Part shown: positions 1 to 9,502 of the stretch, one piece after another
Layout: each line of letters starts with the position of its first letter
Numbering within the stretch: position 1 is the first letter of the stretch
From: Dehalococcoidia bacterium
GTDB taxonomy: Bacteria > Chloroflexota > Dehalococcoidia > Lucifugimonadales > GCA-002694895
NCBI GenBank assembly: GCA_045564835.1
Contig: JBJLGN010000025.1
Coordinates: 2,809-66,808, forward strand
Length of the DNA stretch: 64,000 nucleotides
Direction: 5' to 3'
Notes under the pieces: generated by a model
Database searches by the model: none
Seen by the model: the letters and a program-made list of their open reading frames with translations, nothing else
Told to the model about the DNA's origin: nothing
Translations under genes and position numbers: made by a program

Positions 1-1215
1 TTCAACAAATGGTATAGCCTTATAATCTCCCGGTGCACTCATCATAAGCCCTAATCCAGCTTTTCTTATGTTCCATACTTTTTGTTGATCAGCGTCATCA
101 AATAATAATTTGGTTGAATAACCAAATTTTTGTTTATCTAATTTTAATTTTAATTTTTCAAGTTTATCTTTTAATTCACTCTCATCATCAGCAATCATTT
201 CAACAGCTAAAACAGATTCTGGATCTCCATCTATAAAGGTCATCATTCGTGAATATTCTAAATTGTTTTTTGCTTGCCTTAAAATCATACTTCCAATATG
301 TTCTACGGCAGATGGATTGTGCTCTAAAATCGAAACAGTTGCTTCCATAGAAGAAATTAAATCATCAAAATGAACAAGTGCCAATCCAACATACTTTGGT
401 TTATCATGTACTATAACTTTTGCTTTTGAAAAAGTAACCAATGTACCTTCAGATCCAACAACAAATTTGGCTGTATTAAAATTGTCTACATTTACCAATT
501 CATCCAAGTTGTATCCAGATACTCTTCTTTGAATTGAAGGATATTTTGTTTGTATTTCTGATATGAAATTCTTTCTAATAGAATTTAGAGTTTCTAAAAT
601 TAAACCTTCTTGACCTGAAAGTTTTTTTTCAAAATAAGACGAACCTTCCGGTCCTAATTTAATATTATTACCTCCAGCAGTAAAAGCATCAAGTTCAATT
701 ACATTATCGATAGTTTTTCCATATAGTAGCGAGTGAGCTCCACATGAATTATTTCCAATGGCACCACCAATATTACCTCGATTACTAGTACTAGGGTCTG
801 GTCCAAATATTTTATTTTCGGCAGACATGTGTCTGTTTAACTCATCTAATATAATCCCTGGCTGAACTTCAACCCAATTCTCGTCAGGGTTATAATTTAA
901 CACCTTATTCATAAACATTGAAAAATCAACTATGATTCCACTACCAACGGTTGCTCCAGCTAAGCTAGTTCCTCCGCCTCTTGGTGTAATCGGGATGTTA
1001 TTATTAAAAGCATATTCCATGATTATTTGTAAATCTTCATCAGATTTTGGAAATGCTACTGCTTGAGGAACAATCTGGTAGATACTTGCATCCGTACTAT
1101 AAATCATCCGAGTTTTTTCATCAGATCTGATTTCACCAGAAATTTTATTATTTAAATTATTTTTAATTTCTTTTTCAAAAGTTTTATTTTTAGTTATTAA
1201 ATTAATTTTTAACAC
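1..1215 (-). CDS. FAD-linked oxidase (PCMH/FAD_binding_4 type, GlcD/YdiJ-like), 5' part only; the gene continues past the left edge
   Basis: It is absent from the ORF track because no stop lies in the window. My translation of the reverse strand is open from 1215 to 1 and reads ...IRSDEKTRMIYSTDASIYQIVPQAVAFPKSDEDLQIIMEYAFNNNIPITPRGGGTSLAGATVG...RGNIGGAIGNNSCGAHSLLY...WNIRKAGLGLMMSAPGDYKAIPFVE. The start is uncertain: GTG at 1215 is the first start-like codon after an in-frame TGA (1221..1219). Confidence 0.75.
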   Translation of the reverse strand, partial: MLKINLITKNKTFEKEIKNNLNNKISGEIRSDEKTRMIYSTDASIYQIVPQAVAFPKSDEDLQIIMEYAFNNNIPITPRGGGTSLAGATVGSGIIVDFSMFMNKVLNYNPDENWVEVQPGIILDELNRHMSAENKIFGPDPSTSNRGNIGGAIGNNSCGAHSLLYGKTIDNVIELDAFTAGGNNIKLGPEGSSYFEKKLSGQEGLILETLNSIRKNFISEIQTKYPSIQRRVSGYNLDELVNVDNFNTAKFVVGSEGTLVTFSKAKVIVHDKPKYVGLALVHFDDLISSMEATVSILEHNPSAVEHIGSMILRQAKNNLEYSRMMTFIDGDPESVLAVEMIADDESELKDKLEKLKLKLDKQKFGYSTKLLFDDADQQKVWNIRKAGLGLMMSAPGDYKAIPFVE

Positions 1216-1843
1216 TCCTCACATCATTAACAAATTTTTCCATTTTACACGCGTCTTTTTTACTATTTACTTCTACTCCTGAAGAAACATCCACAGCCCA
1301 AGGTTTAATTTTATCTATTATGTTTATAATATTATCAGAATTCAATCCTCCAGAAAGAAACACTTTGTGTTTATCTATTATTGTTTGAGCGTCAGATAAA
1401 TTTATTAATTTTCCTGATCCACCATAATGACCTTCTTTATATGCATCGATACTTACTAGTCCACCAATTGATTTTACAAACTCAATTTGATTGAATATTT
1501 CTGTAAAATTTATATTACTTTTAAGTTTGATTTGTTTAATAAAAGGAATATCTAATTCATTCAAAAAATTCTCGTCCTCATTACCACATAATTGAACATA
1601 ATTTAACGAATAACGATAATACATTTGTTTAATATAATCTAGCTTTTGATCAGCAAATAGCCCAACAAGTTTAGGTGGATTACTTATCTTTTTTGCAGCA
1701 TTCGAAATATTTTGAGCTTCAAGTTTGCTAATCTGCCGTTTTACATTTTCAACAAAAACAATCCCCGCATAATCAACTCCAAGTGAAGCAACAAATTCGA
1801 AATCTTTTTTTATTTTAAGTCCACAAATTTTTATCTTAGTCAT
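1202..1843 (-). CDS. trpF: phosphoribosylanthranilate isomerase
   Basis: 213-aa ORF with the N-terminal KICGL motif typical of PRAI. It is the last gene of a contiguous trpEGDCF block, and its start overlaps the trpC stop by 1 nt. Confidence 0.85.
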   Translation of the reverse strand: MTKIKICGLKIKKDFEFVASLGVDYAGIVFVENVKRQISKLEAQNISNAAKKISNPPKLVGLFADQKLDYIKQMYYRYSLNYVQLCGNEDENFLNELDIPFIKQIKLKSNINFTEIFNQIEFVKSIGGLVSIDAYKEGHYGGSGKLINLSDAQTIIDKHKVFLSGGLNSDNIINIIDKIKPWAVDVSSGVEVNSKKDACKMEKFVNDVRSVKN

Positions 1844-2625
1844 TATATTTTTAATTCTATAATTTTTTCGTAAGGATTTTCAGAAGTAATTATAGATTCT
1901 CCTATTAAAACTCCATTACATCCTTTGTCATATAATTTTTGCATATCCGTAGAATTATAAATACCGCTCTCACTTATTGTAATGATTGAATTGGGAATTT
2001 TATCAATAAGATTTAACGTGGTATTAATGTCTACTTGGAAGTTATTTAAATTACGATTATTTATACCTATTATTTTCGGATTAATTTTTAAAACTTTATC
2101 TAATTCATCTTCATTATGAATTTCGACGATATAATCTAAATTCAATTCATCTGCCAACGAAATAAATTTTTTCAATTGTGTTTCATCCAATATGCTAGCA
2201 ATCAATAATATTGCGTCAGCTTTTATCAATTTAGATTGAAAAATTTGATACTCATCAATAATGAAATCTTTTCTTAATACAGGAGTCAAATTATATTCAT
2301 CTATAGATTTTAGTTTGGAAATAGAATTAATAGAACCATTAAAAAAATTTTTTTCTGTAACGACAGATATACCGCTAACATCTGCTTCAAAATATTGTTT
2401 CGCCAAAGAAATAAAATCAATATTCTGCATCAATTTCCCCTTACTGGGAGAAGTGTCTTTAATTTCAGCAATTATACTCAATCCATCCTGATTCAATGAT
2501 TTACGTAAACTCTGGGATTTGTAATCATAGTCGATTTCTTTATTCATCATTTCAAACGGGTATTTATTCTTTTGTTCTAAAAGATCAATTTTTATTTGAT
2601 TTACTATTTTATCTAGTATATTCAT
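1843..2625 (-). CDS. trpC: indole-3-glycerol phosphate synthase
   Basis: 260-aa ORF with the IGPS signature IAEIKDTSPSKG. It lies between trpD and trpF. Confidence 0.9.
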   Translation of the reverse strand: MNILDKIVNQIKIDLLEQKNKYPFEMMNKEIDYDYKSQSLRKSLNQDGLSIIAEIKDTSPSKGKLMQNIDFISLAKQYFEADVSGISVVTEKNFFNGSINSISKLKSIDEYNLTPVLRKDFIIDEYQIFQSKLIKADAILLIASILDETQLKKFISLADELNLDYIVEIHNEDELDKVLKINPKIIGINNRNLNNFQVDINTTLNLIDKIPNSIITISESGIYNSTDMQKLYDKGCNGVLIGESIITSENPYEKIIELKI

Positions 2626-2626
2626 A

Positions 2627-3685
2627 TTAAAAATTACGAGACAAAACAGATATTAGTTTTGCAGCGTTCCCATTTTTAATGTTATTTTTAGAAATTTCAA
2701 TTCCTGATTTTATATCTTTTGAATGCCCAGATATATAAAGGCCTAAACCAGCATTCAAAGCTACACAGCCAATAAGTTCATCATCTCGATTATTAAATAA
2801 ATCTAATATTTTAGTAGCACTTTCTTCAGGAGAATTCACTTGTAAATTTTGAATAGGTATTTTCTTCAATCCGAATTGATCTGGATTAATTTTATATTCT
2901 TTTAAAGAAGCTGTAGAAGCTGCTAAATTTATTGTTTCATTATTAACTTCATCCATAGTAGGATTTGGTCTAATTTCCCACACATAGGTGTCTCCAAATA
3001 TACTGGCTTCATCAAGTCCTTCCATACCATGGACTACTAATGCTGTTTTATTTAATATTCGAAGAGCATTTGACATCTTATTACCTGTAGTTATGTCAGG
3101 AACTCCAATTAGCAAATATTTTGAATTTGCAGGGTTCGTCAATGGTCCTAAATTATTAAAAATTGTTTTGAAAGCCAATTCTTTTCTTGTAGGCATTGCA
3201 TATTTCATAGACGGATGAAATTTTTGGGCAAATAAAAATGTAAAATTATATTTATTTAACATATCTATCGACTGAGTTTCATCTAAATCAATATTTATAT
3301 CCAAAGCTTCTAAAACATCAGCACTTCCACTATTTCCTGAAGCTGCTCTATTGCCATGTTTAGCAATTTTAGCGCCTGACGCTGCTGCAACCAAAGCCGA
3401 AGTTGTAGAAACGTTAAATGTATATTTCTTATCACCCCCGGTCCCAACAATGTCTAAGCAATCATAATCAGTCTTGATTCTCAAAGAATTTTCTTGCATA
3501 GATTTAGCCATTCCTGCTATTTCATCTTCAGACTCTTTTTTTATGGCTAGCGATGTTAACAGCGATGCAAGTTTAATCTCAGAAATTTGGCCTGACATAA
3601 TTTTATTCATAAGATTATAGGATTCTTCAAATGTTAAATTATTCTTATTTAATAATTTTGTTATCAATTCATTAATTTCTGTCAT
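2627..3685 (-). CDS. trpD: anthranilate phosphoribosyltransferase
   Basis: 352-aa ORF with DIVGTGGDKKYTFNVST (GTGGD motif) and KHGNRAASGNSGSADVLEAL. Confidence 0.9.
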   Translation of the reverse strand: MTEINELITKLLNKNNLTFEESYNLMNKIMSGQISEIKLASLLTSLAIKKESEDEIAGMAKSMQENSLRIKTDYDCLDIVGTGGDKKYTFNVSTTSALVAAASGAKIAKHGNRAASGNSGSADVLEALDINIDLDETQSIDMLNKYNFTFLFAQKFHPSMKYAMPTRKELAFKTIFNNLGPLTNPANSKYLLIGVPDITTGNKMSNALRILNKTALVVHGMEGLDEASIFGDTYVWEIRPNPTMDEVNNETINLAASTASLKEYKINPDQFGLKKIPIQNLQVNSPEESATKILDLFNNRDDELIGCVALNAGLGLYISGHSKDIKSGIEISKNNIKNGNAAKLISVLSRNF

Positions 3686-3686
3686 G

Positions 3687-4247
3687 TCATATACTTAAAA
3701 AATTTAATAAAATTTGTTCCCCAAATTCAGTCCCTATCGACTCAGGGTGAAATTGTATACCGTATAATTTGAATTCTTTATGCGAGATTCCCATGATTAA
3801 TCCATCAGAGGTCCACGCAATTTTTTCAAAGTTAGTATTCATAGATTCTTCTTTAATTATAAGTGAATGATATCTCATAGCATTAAATGGACTTGGAACA
3901 TCTTTAAATAAAGGATGATTATTGTGTTGAACAAGAGATGTTTTGCCATGAAATATAGCTGGAGCTTTTTCTATTGTAGATCCATATGTGTACCCAATTA
4001 CTTGATGACCCAGGCATACTCCAAGAATTGGTATTTTTTTACCAAATTCATCTACAACTTCTCTACAAATACCGGAGTTTTTTGGGTGAGAAGGTCCTGG
4101 TGATATAATTATTTTATCTGGATTCAGATCGTAAATTTTTTCAATATTTATTTCGTTATTTCTAAATACTTTAGTATTGTTGTTTTCTGCAACTATTTGA
4201 TAAATATTGTAAGTAAAACTATCATAATTGTCTAAAATTAAAATCAT
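3687..4247 (-). CDS. trpG: anthranilate synthase component II (class-I glutamine amidotransferase; could also serve as PabA)
   Basis: 186-aa ORF with the GVCLGHQ nucleophile elbow and FHPES. It lies between trpE and trpD, and its start overlaps the trpE stop by 1 nt. Confidence 0.85.
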   Translation of the reverse strand: MILILDNYDSFTYNIYQIVAENNNTKVFRNNEINIEKIYDLNPDKIIISPGPSHPKNSGICREVVDEFGKKIPILGVCLGHQVIGYTYGSTIEKAPAIFHGKTSLVQHNNHPLFKDVPSPFNAMRYHSLIIKEESMNTNFEKIAWTSDGLIMGISHKEFKLYGIQFHPESIGTEFGEQILLNFLSI

Positions 4248-5683
4248 TATATATACAAAAACTCCTCTCCCTCAGCAATTTCTATAGCTCTCAATACTGC
4301 TTGGGCTTTATGTAAATGTTCTTCAAATTCTAATTCAGGGACACTGTCAAAAACTATTCCTCCACCTGATTGCACTGAGGCAATTCCATCTTTTATCAAT
4401 AAAGTTCTCAATGTTATGCAAACTTCAATATTTCCGAAAAAATCAAAAAGACCTAAAGCTCCAGCATATGGGCCTCTTTTGTCGTTTTCTAATTCTGAAA
4501 TAATCTCCATCGCTCGAATTTTTGGCGCACCTGATACAGTGCCAGCTGGGAAACATGATTTAAATACTTCTAGAGAAGAAGTTTTCGGATTTTTTTTACC
4601 AGTCACTTTTGAAACAAGATGCATTACATGTGAAAATTTTTTCACATCCATATATTCAGTTACTTTTACTGATCCTGGTACACTTACTCTACCAACATCA
4701 TTTCGTGCTAAATCTACTAGCATTACATGCTCAGCTTTTTCTTTTGGATCTTTTAAAAATTCTGTTATTATTTTTTCATCTTCAATTTCATTTACGCCCC
4801 TTGGTCTAGTGCCAGCAATTGGAACTGAATTTATAGTGTCACCTTCAACCTGTACTAAAAGTTCAGGAGAGGCTCCTACTACAAAATGATCATCTAAATC
4901 CATATAATACATAAATGGCGAAGGGTTTATAGATCTTAATGCTCTATATATCATAAACGGGTGCGCGGAAGTTTTCTTTGAAATTCGTCTTGAAAATACT
5001 GCTTGTATTATTTCACCCTCTTCAATATAGTCTTTGATCGTTTTTACATTCTGAATAAAATCTTTTTTAGATATATTTTCTTCTAATTCAAAATCATCAA
5101 TATTGTTATGTTTTCTATAAACGTCTGAGGAATTTTTTGTTAGTCTACTTTGAATATTATCTATCTTAGAATATGTTTCTTCATAAACTTGTTTGGCTGA
5201 GCCCTTTGAGCAATCAGCATATGAAACAATAAACAATCTATGTTTCAAATGATCATAAACAAGAAAATCAGTAACAAACAAAAAACAAGATTCAGGCAAA
5301 TCCAATCCCTTGTCCATTGGGAGATTGATTTCGTCAAAATACTTGACTGCATCATAAGATATATAACCTACTAATCCACCAAAGAATCTCTCCAACCATT
5401 CAGGTTTTATTATTTCAATATCAATTAATTCAGAAATAATACTAATAGGATTTTGTTCATTGGAAACAAATTTGTCATACCCACCTAATCCTATAAAACT
5501 ATATCTTCCAATGAATTCTCCTCCTTCTACACTTTCTAATAGAAAAGAATTTTTTCCTTTTGATACTTTTAAAAAAATAGAAACCGGAGTTTCAAGATCA
5601 ACATATAACTCTCTTCCTAAAGCTATATAACTTTTAGCGTCATAAGTTGATTCAAATGTATCAAAATCTACAATATTTTCCAT
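4247..5683 (-). CDS. trpE: anthranilate synthase component I
   Basis: 478-aa chorismate-utilising enzyme with LLESVEGGE, FPAGTVSGAPKIRAMEII and GGGIVFDSVPELE. Confidence 0.9.
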   Translation of the reverse strand: MENIVDFDTFESTYDAKSYIALGRELYVDLETPVSIFLKVSKGKNSFLLESVEGGEFIGRYSFIGLGGYDKFVSNEQNPISIISELIDIEIIKPEWLERFFGGLVGYISYDAVKYFDEINLPMDKGLDLPESCFLFVTDFLVYDHLKHRLFIVSYADCSKGSAKQVYEETYSKIDNIQSRLTKNSSDVYRKHNNIDDFELEENISKKDFIQNVKTIKDYIEEGEIIQAVFSRRISKKTSAHPFMIYRALRSINPSPFMYYMDLDDHFVVGASPELLVQVEGDTINSVPIAGTRPRGVNEIEDEKIITEFLKDPKEKAEHVMLVDLARNDVGRVSVPGSVKVTEYMDVKKFSHVMHLVSKVTGKKNPKTSSLEVFKSCFPAGTVSGAPKIRAMEIISELENDKRGPYAGALGLFDFFGNIEVCITLRTLLIKDGIASVQSGGGIVFDSVPELEFEEHLHKAQAVLRAIEIAEGEEFLYI

Positions 5684-6682
5684 TTAAATAAATCCCATTT
5701 TTCTTTTCATTTCTATTACTTTTGGTTCTGAAATTAAACTCGCGTTTTCAGCCCCAATATCTAATAACCTATCTAATTCAGTAGGATCACTAATATACTC
5801 GTCATATTTTTTTCTTATTGGTTTAATAACATCTATTACCATTTCAGCTACACTTTCTTTCAACACACCATAACCTTTTGCATTTTCAAAATCTTTTTCA
5901 GACTCAGTAGACGATTTACCAGTTATTACTTTATAAATTCCCAATAAATTGTTAACCCCAGCTTTTTCAGGATTATCCGAAAAAATAATATCATTACCAG
6001 AATCTGTAACAGCTCGTTTTATTGTTTTAACAATATTCTTTTCTTCGTCTAATAATCCAACCACACCACCTTCGTCTTCATCAAAACTTTTTGACATTTT
6101 AGAATTAGGATTACTCAAGTTCATAACTCTGGCGCCAATAGTAGGTATTATAGGTTCTGGTAATTTAAAAGTTTCACCAAACAAATTATTAAACCTTTGC
6201 GCAATATCTCTTGCTAATTCTACATGTTGTTTTTGATCTTCTCCAACCGGGACTTCATCAGCATCATATAAAATAATATCACCTGTTTGCAGAACTGGAT
6301 AATCAAGTAATGCAGCTGAAATACTATTTAATTTTTCTTTTTTATCTTTAAATTGAGTCATTCTTTCTAACCAACCCATTGGAGTCACACAGTTTAAAAG
6401 CCAACAAGCTTCAGCATGTGCTCGAACTTGGCTTTGAATAAATACTGTTGATTGTTTTGGATCTAATCCACATGCAAAAAGCATTGCTGCCAAACTTCTT
6501 ATATTATCACTTAATTCTTTTGGATCTCTCAATATAGTGTGAGCATGTAAATCAACAATACAATAAAAATTCTCTTTCTCTTTACCTTGATTTTCAACCC
6601 ACTGTTTAACAGCTCCAAGATAATTACCCAAATGCATTTCCCCAGAAGGCTGAATCCCACTAAATACTCTTATTTTATTCAT
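5684..6682 (-). CDS. trpS: tryptophanyl-tRNA synthetase
   Basis: Class-I aaRS motifs GIQPSGEMHLGNYLG and KMSKS (NSKMSKSF). I place the start at ATG 6682 (MNKIRVF...) because the longer track ORF (to 6718) would run through the leader terminator hairpin. The stop abuts the trpE start with no gap. Confidence 0.9.
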   Translation of the reverse strand: MNKIRVFSGIQPSGEMHLGNYLGAVKQWVENQGKEKENFYCIVDLHAHTILRDPKELSDNIRSLAAMLFACGLDPKQSTVFIQSQVRAHAEACWLLNCVTPMGWLERMTQFKDKKEKLNSISAALLDYPVLQTGDIILYDADEVPVGEDQKQHVELARDIAQRFNNLFGETFKLPEPIIPTIGARVMNLSNPNSKMSKSFDEDEGGVVGLLDEEKNIVKTIKRAVTDSGNDIIFSDNPEKAGVNNLLGIYKVITGKSSTESEKDFENAKGYGVLKESVAEMVIDVIKPIRKKYDEYISDPTELDRLLDIGAENASLISEPKVIEMKRKMGFI

Positions 6683-6699
6683 ATCAATTCTCTCTAAAA

Positions 6700-6728
6700 T
6701 AAAAAAAACCGTCCTCAAAGGGACGGTT
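6700..6728 (-). terminator. intrinsic terminator (the expression-platform terminator of the T-box)
   Basis: Reverse strand: AACCGUCC CUUUGA GGACGGUU followed by U8. This is an 8-bp GC-rich stem in an otherwise AT-rich region, about 18 nt upstream of the trpS ATG. Confidence 0.85.
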
Positions 6729-6907
6729 AAACCGCGGTGCCACCCTAATTACTATAAAATAGTCACTCATTTTATATTACAACTCTCAGTCCCATTCAAT
6801 ACTCACACTCTAATGCAGATCTCAACTAGATTCTAAACTATCTGCAACTCTCTCAATAAAGTAATTTGAATATATACTATTCTGATCAACGTTGTTATTT
6901 ATATTTA
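6700..6907 (-). promoter_or_regulatory. T-box riboswitch leader with a Trp (UGG) specifier, upstream of trpS-trpEGDCF
   Basis: The reverse strand carries the T-box core AAUUAGGGUGGCACCGCGG (6750..6731). A terminator hairpin plus U-run follows it directly. A UGG triplet sits in a GAA-UGG-G context (6794..6792) downstream of a GAGAGAG element (6856..6848). The UGGC variable base would pair with a G73 discriminator. Confidence 0.8.
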
Positions 6908-6913
6908 CTCAAA

Positions 6914-6942
6914 AGTATAGTAGCCATAATTTTTTATGTCAA
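6914..6942 (-). promoter_or_regulatory. sigma70-type promoter for the T-box leader
   Basis: Reverse strand: TTGACA (6942..6937), a 17-nt spacer, then TATACT (6919..6914). Confidence 0.55.
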
Positions 6943-6998
6943 TTATGATTAATATATTCATTCATTAAAAAAGACAAACTCAATTCAAAGGTAATTAA

Positions 6999-8192
6999 AT
7001 GGACATACTTGATGGATTAAAAGTTGTAGACTGTACACAAATTTTAGCTGGCCCTTTTTGCACAATGATGCTAGGAGACATGGGCGCTGATATTATCAAA
7101 GTAGAAAAACCAAACGGAGGTGATGATATAAGAAGATTCGGGCCACCTTTTATAGATGGTGAATCAGCAGCTTTCTTAATGATAAACAGGAATAAAAAAA
7201 GCATAGCATTAAATATGAAAGATCCCAAAGGATTGCAGATTTTAAAAGATTTGATAAAAGATGCTGACGTGTTCATTCAAAATTTCAGGCCTGGTGCACT
7301 AGAAAAAATGGGACTTGGCTACGATGATGTAATTAAAAATATAAATCCTAAAATAATTTATTGTAGTATTTCTGGATTTGGAGCTAATGGTCCGTATAAA
7401 AACCGGCCCGGATTTGATTTGATTGCTCAAGGCATGTCGGGACTGATGAGTTTAACAGGTACTCCAAATGGGGACCCAGTTAAAATTGGTGTTCCAATTT
7501 GTGATCTTAATGCCGGAGTATATGCTGCACTAGGTATTCTAGCGTCATATATAAAAAGGCTTAAAACTAACAAAGGACAATTCGTTGAAACATCTCTTTT
7601 AGAGTCTGGATTGTCTTATACAATATGGGAATCAGGTATATATTTTGCCACCAAAGAAATATCTAAACAAAGTGGTACTGCTCATAGATTGTCTGCTCCA
7701 TATCAAGCATTTCAAACACAAGATGGATACATAAATATCGGTGCTGCAAATCAAGCTAACTGGGAAAAATTGTGTAATGCATTGAATAGATCTGACCTGA
7801 TTGAGACTAAGCAGTTTATCGACAATGCATCTAGAATGGAAAATTTAAATAATCTTGTTGAAATTTTAAATCTCGAATTTAAAAGTAAATCTACTTCTGA
7901 TTGGGTAGAGTTACTTATAGATAATGGAGTTCCTTGTGGTCCTATTTTAAATATAGAAGAAATTTTAAACCACGAACAGATCCAAGAAAGAGAAATGATC
8001 ATAGATCTTGATCACACAAAGTTAGGTACGATTAAAAATTTAAATTTCCCTATAAAATTTTCCGATACTGTTTCAAAAACAAAATTACCACCACCATTAT
8101 TAGGAGAGCATAACAACGAAATTCTAAAAGATTTAGGGTATTCTCTTAAAGAAATAAAAGATTTAGAATCTGAAAGTATTATTACCAATTAA
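6999..8192 (+). CDS. family III CoA-transferase (CaiB/BaiF/Frc-like)
   Basis: 397-aa ORF. The N-terminus LDGLKVVDCTQILAGPFCTMMLGDMGADIIKVEKP is the typical family III CoA-transferase signature. The substrate cannot be assigned. Confidence 0.8.
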   Translation: MDILDGLKVVDCTQILAGPFCTMMLGDMGADIIKVEKPNGGDDIRRFGPPFIDGESAAFLMINRNKKSIALNMKDPKGLQILKDLIKDADVFIQNFRPGALEKMGLGYDDVIKNINPKIIYCSISGFGANGPYKNRPGFDLIAQGMSGLMSLTGTPNGDPVKIGVPICDLNAGVYAALGILASYIKRLKTNKGQFVETSLLESGLSYTIWESGIYFATKEISKQSGTAHRLSAPYQAFQTQDGYINIGAANQANWEKLCNALNRSDLIETKQFIDNASRMENLNNLVEILNLEFKSKSTSDWVELLIDNGVPCGPILNIEEILNHEQIQEREMIIDLDHTKLGTIKNLNFPIKFSDTVSKTKLPPPLLGEHNNEILKDLGYSLKEIKDLESESIITN

Positions 8193-8194
8193 AT

Positions 8195-9502
8195 TCAAGA
8201 AGCTCTTTCATAATAAATTTTATAGTCCTGACCATTTACACTAACTTTATTTATAAAGTTCAGTTTCAAATCATCTTTTCCTAATACATTTTTTAGATTG
8301 ATTTCATACTCTGTAGATTTTTTAATCTCTTCAAAATTTTTTAGATATAGTTTTAATACATCTACACCTATTTTGCCCTTGGAAGTATTAATTAAAGCAT
8401 CTTTAAATAATCTGTGTGCATTAGTTAGAGATTTCGTTCTTTTAGACTCGATTTTTTTTGCTATTTTAGGAAACTTTTTAGAAAGATCAATTTTAGTTGA
8501 AGTAAGCTCTTTATCAAATTTTGAAATAAATTGTTTTTCAAAATCATCTGCTCCAATTGAATTAGAATTGCAATTACCTGAATTCTGTTTTTTTGAACAA
8601 CGGTAGTACCTATATCGATTTTTATTCAAAGTATTATTATTTAAATATTTTATATTCTTTGTTACACCTATCATTTTAGAATCACAAAATCCACAATGTA
8701 AAATCCCAGACAAAAGGTAGTTCTCTGGATTTATGCTAGTTCTGATTGGGCTACGCATATACAACTTCTGTTGCGCAAGCATGTAAATCGAATTTTCAAT
8801 AATATGTCCATGTGAGTTTGGTATGGAAACTCCAAATCTTTTAGAAGTACCTATATATACTGGGTTTTTAATCAGATCATATACAGTTGAAATATTCCAT
8901 GAATTATTTTTTTTTGTTTTATATTTTTTATCATTTAAAATTTTTGTTATTTTTCTTATTCCTAGATTATCATTAACATACAAATCAAAAATTTCTTTCA
9001 CTATTAATGATTCTTTTTGAAATTCATCTAAGTGTCCATTTATATCTAACTCATACCCAAAAGGTAATCTACCCATCCATTTTCCTGTAGCAAATTTTTG
9101 TTTCATTTTTTCAGACACAAAAGAGGACCATTGATCATTGTTATTATAAATATATCTTTTTACTGTATCTTGATAAGGATCTGGATTCTCATCATCAATG
9201 CATAGAACTTGGCATAGATGATCTTCAAACCATATTAAATTCTTTACGATTTCATCTATTGATCGACCAAGATCAGACGAGTTGTTCACAATAATAAGAT
9301 ACTTATTATTATTTAATCTAATATCATCTCTTAGTTTTTCAAATTCACTATATACCGACAATCTGGTTAGATGGTTATCAACAAAAGTTTCTAGTGCTGT
9401 GTGACCATTTAAAGAACAATATTCACTTAGTAAATTTTGATATTTTTTCTTTATATTTTTGTTATTTTTATCTGAATGTAAAAAATACCCAACAGTCTGC
9501 AT
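8195..9502 (-). CDS. large serine recombinase family protein with an atypical N-terminal catalytic domain
   Basis: 435-aa ORF. It has the recombinase domain (GRLPFGYELD, IRKITKILN, WNISTVYDLIKNPVYIG), a zinc ribbon (LSGILHCGFCDSKM...YYRCSKK...GNC) and a C-terminal coiled-coil-like tail. The N-terminus GYFLHSDKNN and SDLGRS align with YxRVSTxxQ and DRLxRS but carry substitutions. Confidence 0.7.
   Translation of the reverse strand: MQTVGYFLHSDKNNKNIKKKYQNLLSEYCSLNGHTALETFVDNHLTRLSVYSEFEKLRDDIRLNNNKYLIIVNNSSDLGRSIDEIVKNLIWFEDHLCQVLCIDDENPDPYQDTVKRYIYNNNDQWSSFVSEKMKQKFATGKWMGRLPFGYELDINGHLDEFQKESLIVKEIFDLYVNDNLGIRKITKILNDKKYKTKKNNSWNISTVYDLIKNPVYIGTSKRFGVSIPNSHGHIIENSIYMLAQQKLYMRSPIRTSINPENYLLSGILHCGFCDSKMIGVTKNIKYLNNNTLNKNRYRYYRCSKKQNSGNCNSNSIGADDFEKQFISKFDKELTSTKIDLSKKFPKIAKKIESKRTKSLTNAHRLFKDALINTSKGKIGVDVLKLYLKNFEEIKKSTEYEINLKNVLGKDDLKLNFINKVSVNGQDYKIYYERAS

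Noticed and set aside
4416-4889. 157-aa plus-strand ORF (together with the 66-aa ORF at 4609..4809) antisense to trpE
   Set aside because: It lies entirely inside a well-supported trpE coding region. The sequence is low-complexity and hydrophobic/Ser-rich with no motifs, and there are no promoter or Shine-Dalgarno signals. It is a shadow ORF of the sense frame.
6683-6718. Longer trpS start (track ORF beginning MRTVFFILERID)
   Set aside because: The extension would be translated across the T-box terminator hairpin and U-run. The conserved TrpRS sequence begins at the ATG at 6682, which has a purine-rich stretch upstream.
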